IMG/VR virus record: IMGVR_UViG_3300032820_000008
Coordinates: 1 to 59,448 of that record
Length of the DNA stretch: 59,448 nt
DNA from: a virus
Taxonomy: Duplodnaviria > Caudoviricetes
Strand: one strand, 5' to 3'
Positions 57,071 through 59,448 of the stretch are shown here, in pieces (the stretch's first letter is position 1; each line of letters opens with the position of its first letter). The translations under genes were made by a program, and so were the position numbers. The notes under the pieces are model-generated. The model did not search any database. It was given only the letters and a program-made list of their open reading frames with translations, and was not told the origin of the DNA.

Positions 57071-58282
57071 ATGGTACAGCGAAGATTTGGTGGGCCTGAA
57101 GGCAAAGTTGCATTTCATAAAGAAATGAAGGCGACACACGAAGAGAGAAAAAAAGCTGATAAAAAAGCTGATAAAAAAGATGATAAAAAAGCTACTACTC
57201 CTACCGCAGCACAACTTGCGACAGCGGCAGGTAGAAGAAGCAATAAAAGAGCACAAAGACTAGCAACCGGTGCAGCTAAGACAGGAACTAAAGTTAAGTT
57301 TGGCGTAGGGTCTGATAAAACGGTTAACGGACAAGCAAATGTAACTAAAGATCAGTTAGTAAAGGCTGGATTTCCGACCAATACCAAAGGTCTCCGAGAT
57401 TACATGAATGCTTGGAATAGAACTGGTAAACGCCCTACTAAAGCGACTGCTACTCCTACTAAAGCGGCTGTTAAACCTACTACTGTTGCCCGAAGAGGAA
57501 ATGCTAATGCTGTACCCGGTAGAAGGGGTGTTAAACCACCAACGGTTAAAGCTCCAATTCATACAGCGTTAAAGCGGAGAATTACAAAACCAACTGAAAG
57601 CAGAGCTACTTATGACGCTAGAAGAATGAAAGAAAGGCTTGCTAGAGAAAAAGCAAGAAAAGAAGATACCAGAGTTGCTTATGACGCTGGAAGAAAGAAA
57701 CAAAGGCTTGCTATAGAAGAAGCAAAAGCTAAACAATTACGAGATGCTCAGGCTACTACTACTCCTCCTCTTAACGCTGCTGAAGCCAGAGAAGAAGCAA
57801 AAGCTAAACGATTACGGGATGCTGCTGCGACTAAACGAGCTACAACGGAGCGAATACAGGCTGGACGTAAAAGAATTGCTGATGCTGGAGCTGACGGACC
57901 CTCAAGAAGAGGTATTTTGAGTCAACCACAACAGCATCCTAAAGAAGAAGACAAAAGTATAATTTCAGAAACTATAGAGAAGTATTTAGGACCGACTGCT
58001 GGAGGAAGGGCGGCAACAGTTGCTGGCGCAGTTGCAGGTGGAGGAGCAGGAGCAGGAGTAGTAAAAGGAATTACAGCACTAGTTAAAAAACTCGGAAGAA
58101 TCCCCACGATGGCGGAGGTGAAAGCCCTTGCACAAGGCAATATTACAAGAGGAGAGTTTCGTGGTGGAGAGACTTTTAAAAAAGGCGGTCTTGTTAAAAA
58201 ATCTGCTGCTAAAAAACCATCTCGCAAAAAATCTATTGATGGTATTGCGCGTAGAGGTAAAACCAGAGCTAAACATAGATAG
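57071..58282 (+). CDS. Highly basic low-complexity internal protein
   Basis: Lys/Arg/Ala-rich; C-terminal 'FKKGGLV...DGIARRGKTR'. Confidence 0.6.
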   Translation: MVQRRFGGPEGKVAFHKEMKATHEERKKADKKADKKDDKKATTPTAAQLATAAGRRSNKRAQRLATGAAKTGTKVKFGVGSDKTVNGQANVTKDQLVKAGFPTNTKGLRDYMNAWNRTGKRPTKATATPTKAAVKPTTVARRGNANAVPGRRGVKPPTVKAPIHTALKRRITKPTESRATYDARRMKERLAREKARKEDTRVAYDAGRKKQRLAIEEAKAKQLRDAQATTTPPLNAAEAREEAKAKRLRDAAATKRATTERIQAGRKRIADAGADGPSRRGILSQPQQHPKEEDKSIISETIEKYLGPTAGGRAATVAGAVAGGGAGAGVVKGITALVKKLGRIPTMAEVKALAQGNITRGEFRGGETFKKGGLVKKSAAKKPSRKKSIDGIARRGKTRAKHR

Positions 58283-58293
58283 TGGTATGAAAT

Positions 58294-59001
58294 ATGACAA
58301 CTTCCTCGACTGCTACATTTGATCTGGATCTTAATGAAATTGTAGAAGAAGCATTTGAACGGGCAGGTTCTGAATTACGTTCTGGATATGATCTTAAAAC
58401 AGCCAGACGTTCGCTTAATCTATTATTCGCAGAGTGGGCAAATCGAGGTATTAATCTCTGGACTGTAGAGTCAGGTACGCAGCTACTAACTTCAGGAACT
58501 GCAACTTACGACCTTCCTGTTGATACTGTAGATTTAATTGAGCATGTAATACGAACTGGCTCAGGTACTTCCCAGACAGATATTTCTGTTTCTAGGATCA
58601 GCGTTGCTACTTACGCTGCCATACCAAATAAAACTTCTACCGGTAAACCTGTTCAAATTTATATAGACCGGAAGAGTGGGGCTACTGAATCCGGGGGTAT
58701 CCAATACCCGTCCGTGACCTTTTGGCCTGTACCCGATAGCGCGGAGACTTACACTCTGGTGTATTGGCGTTTAGCCAGAATGTTAGATGCTGGAACCGGC
58801 GTAAATACACAAGACATACCTTTCAGATTCTTACCTGCCTTAGTAGCGGGGCTGGCTTATTATTTAGCCTTGAAAATTCCGGGTAGTGAAGGACGCCTTC
58901 AAATACTCAAACCGATGTATGACGAGGCATGGAGTATGGCCGCTGACGAAGATAGAGAAAAAGCGTCCATGTTTATTACACCAAGGCCTATGTACGTATA
59001 A
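58294..59001 (+). CDS. Head completion / adaptor protein
   Basis: 'EIVEEAFERAG...TARRSLNLLFAEWANRG', 'WPVPD', 'LVAGLAYYLA'. Confidence 0.7.
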   Translation: MTTSSTATFDLDLNEIVEEAFERAGSELRSGYDLKTARRSLNLLFAEWANRGINLWTVESGTQLLTSGTATYDLPVDTVDLIEHVIRTGSGTSQTDISVSRISVATYAAIPNKTSTGKPVQIYIDRKSGATESGGIQYPSVTFWPVPDSAETYTLVYWRLARMLDAGTGVNTQDIPFRFLPALVAGLAYYLALKIPGSEGRLQILKPMYDEAWSMAADEDREKASMFITPRPMYV

Positions 59002-59003
59002 AT

Positions 59004-59369
59004 ATGGCTACGCCATTTGCATCAGCTAAATACACGATTGCGGAATGTGATAGGTGCGGGTTTCAATATAAGTTAAAAGAGTTAAAGGAAATCTATATAC
59101 GGGCGAAGAAAACGAATATTTTGGTGTGCTTTACGTGTTGGGAACCAGATCAACCACAAAATTTTGTGGGTATGTACCCTGTTACTGATCCCCAAGCGAT
59201 TAAGAATCCGAGACCTGATACTTCTTATGCACAGACCGCTAAAAGTGCCGGAAGTAGAGTATTTCAATGGGCGTGGAATCCTGTAGGTTTTAATGATAGT
59301 GACGGACTTACACCGAATGATTTAAAAGCAACCGGCGAAGTAGGCACTGTAACAGTTACGACAAGTTAG
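59004..59369 (+). CDS. Zn-ribbon-containing structural-module protein
   Basis: CDRCG...VC..C, 'DPQA...PRPD'. Confidence 0.65.
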   Translation: MATPFASAKYTIAECDRCGFQYKLKELKEIYIRAKKTNILVCFTCWEPDQPQNFVGMYPVTDPQAIKNPRPDTSYAQTAKSAGSRVFQWAWNPVGFNDSDGLTPNDLKATGEVGTVTVTTS

Positions 59370-59448
59370 GAGAATTTAACTATGGCTGAAAAAAACACGA
59401 ATCAACCTAAACCTGTACCTGTCCCCAATACGAGTGGGTATCCAGATA
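59191..59448. repeat. Terminal direct repeat, right copy
   Basis: Matches 1-258. Confidence 0.95.

Overview
This window is a complete, circularly assembled tailed-phage genome of about 59,190 bp; bases 1-258 recur at 59191-59448. It is podovirus-like, with no RNA polymerase, integrase or tape-measure gene that I could recognise. The + strand arm (46.1 kb through the contig junction to 23.3 kb) carries packaging, capsid, tail, lysis and very large ejection-protein genes. The - strand arm (45.9 to 23.3 kb) carries promoter-gene-terminator early cassettes, a repeat-rich origin-like region, an AAA/VWA-metallopeptidase module and the replication genes. The stand-out feature is an RNA-guided system of the TIGR-Tas type. 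A 271-aa Nop/IS110-C-terminal-like protein with no recognisable nuclease domain (36965-37780, -) is followed 4 nt after its stop by a 12-unit, 36-nt dual-repeat/dual-spacer array (36517-36960). A second 12-unit array with the same repeats and its own sigma70 promoter (34102-34542) heads the replication operon. Further unexplained signals are a palindrome repeated in front of early genes, a strand-oriented 17-mer present 7 times, gene fragments copied between ejection proteins, and a pseudoknot-like element after the capsid gene. All protein calls come from motifs and synteny read by eye; no database search was run.
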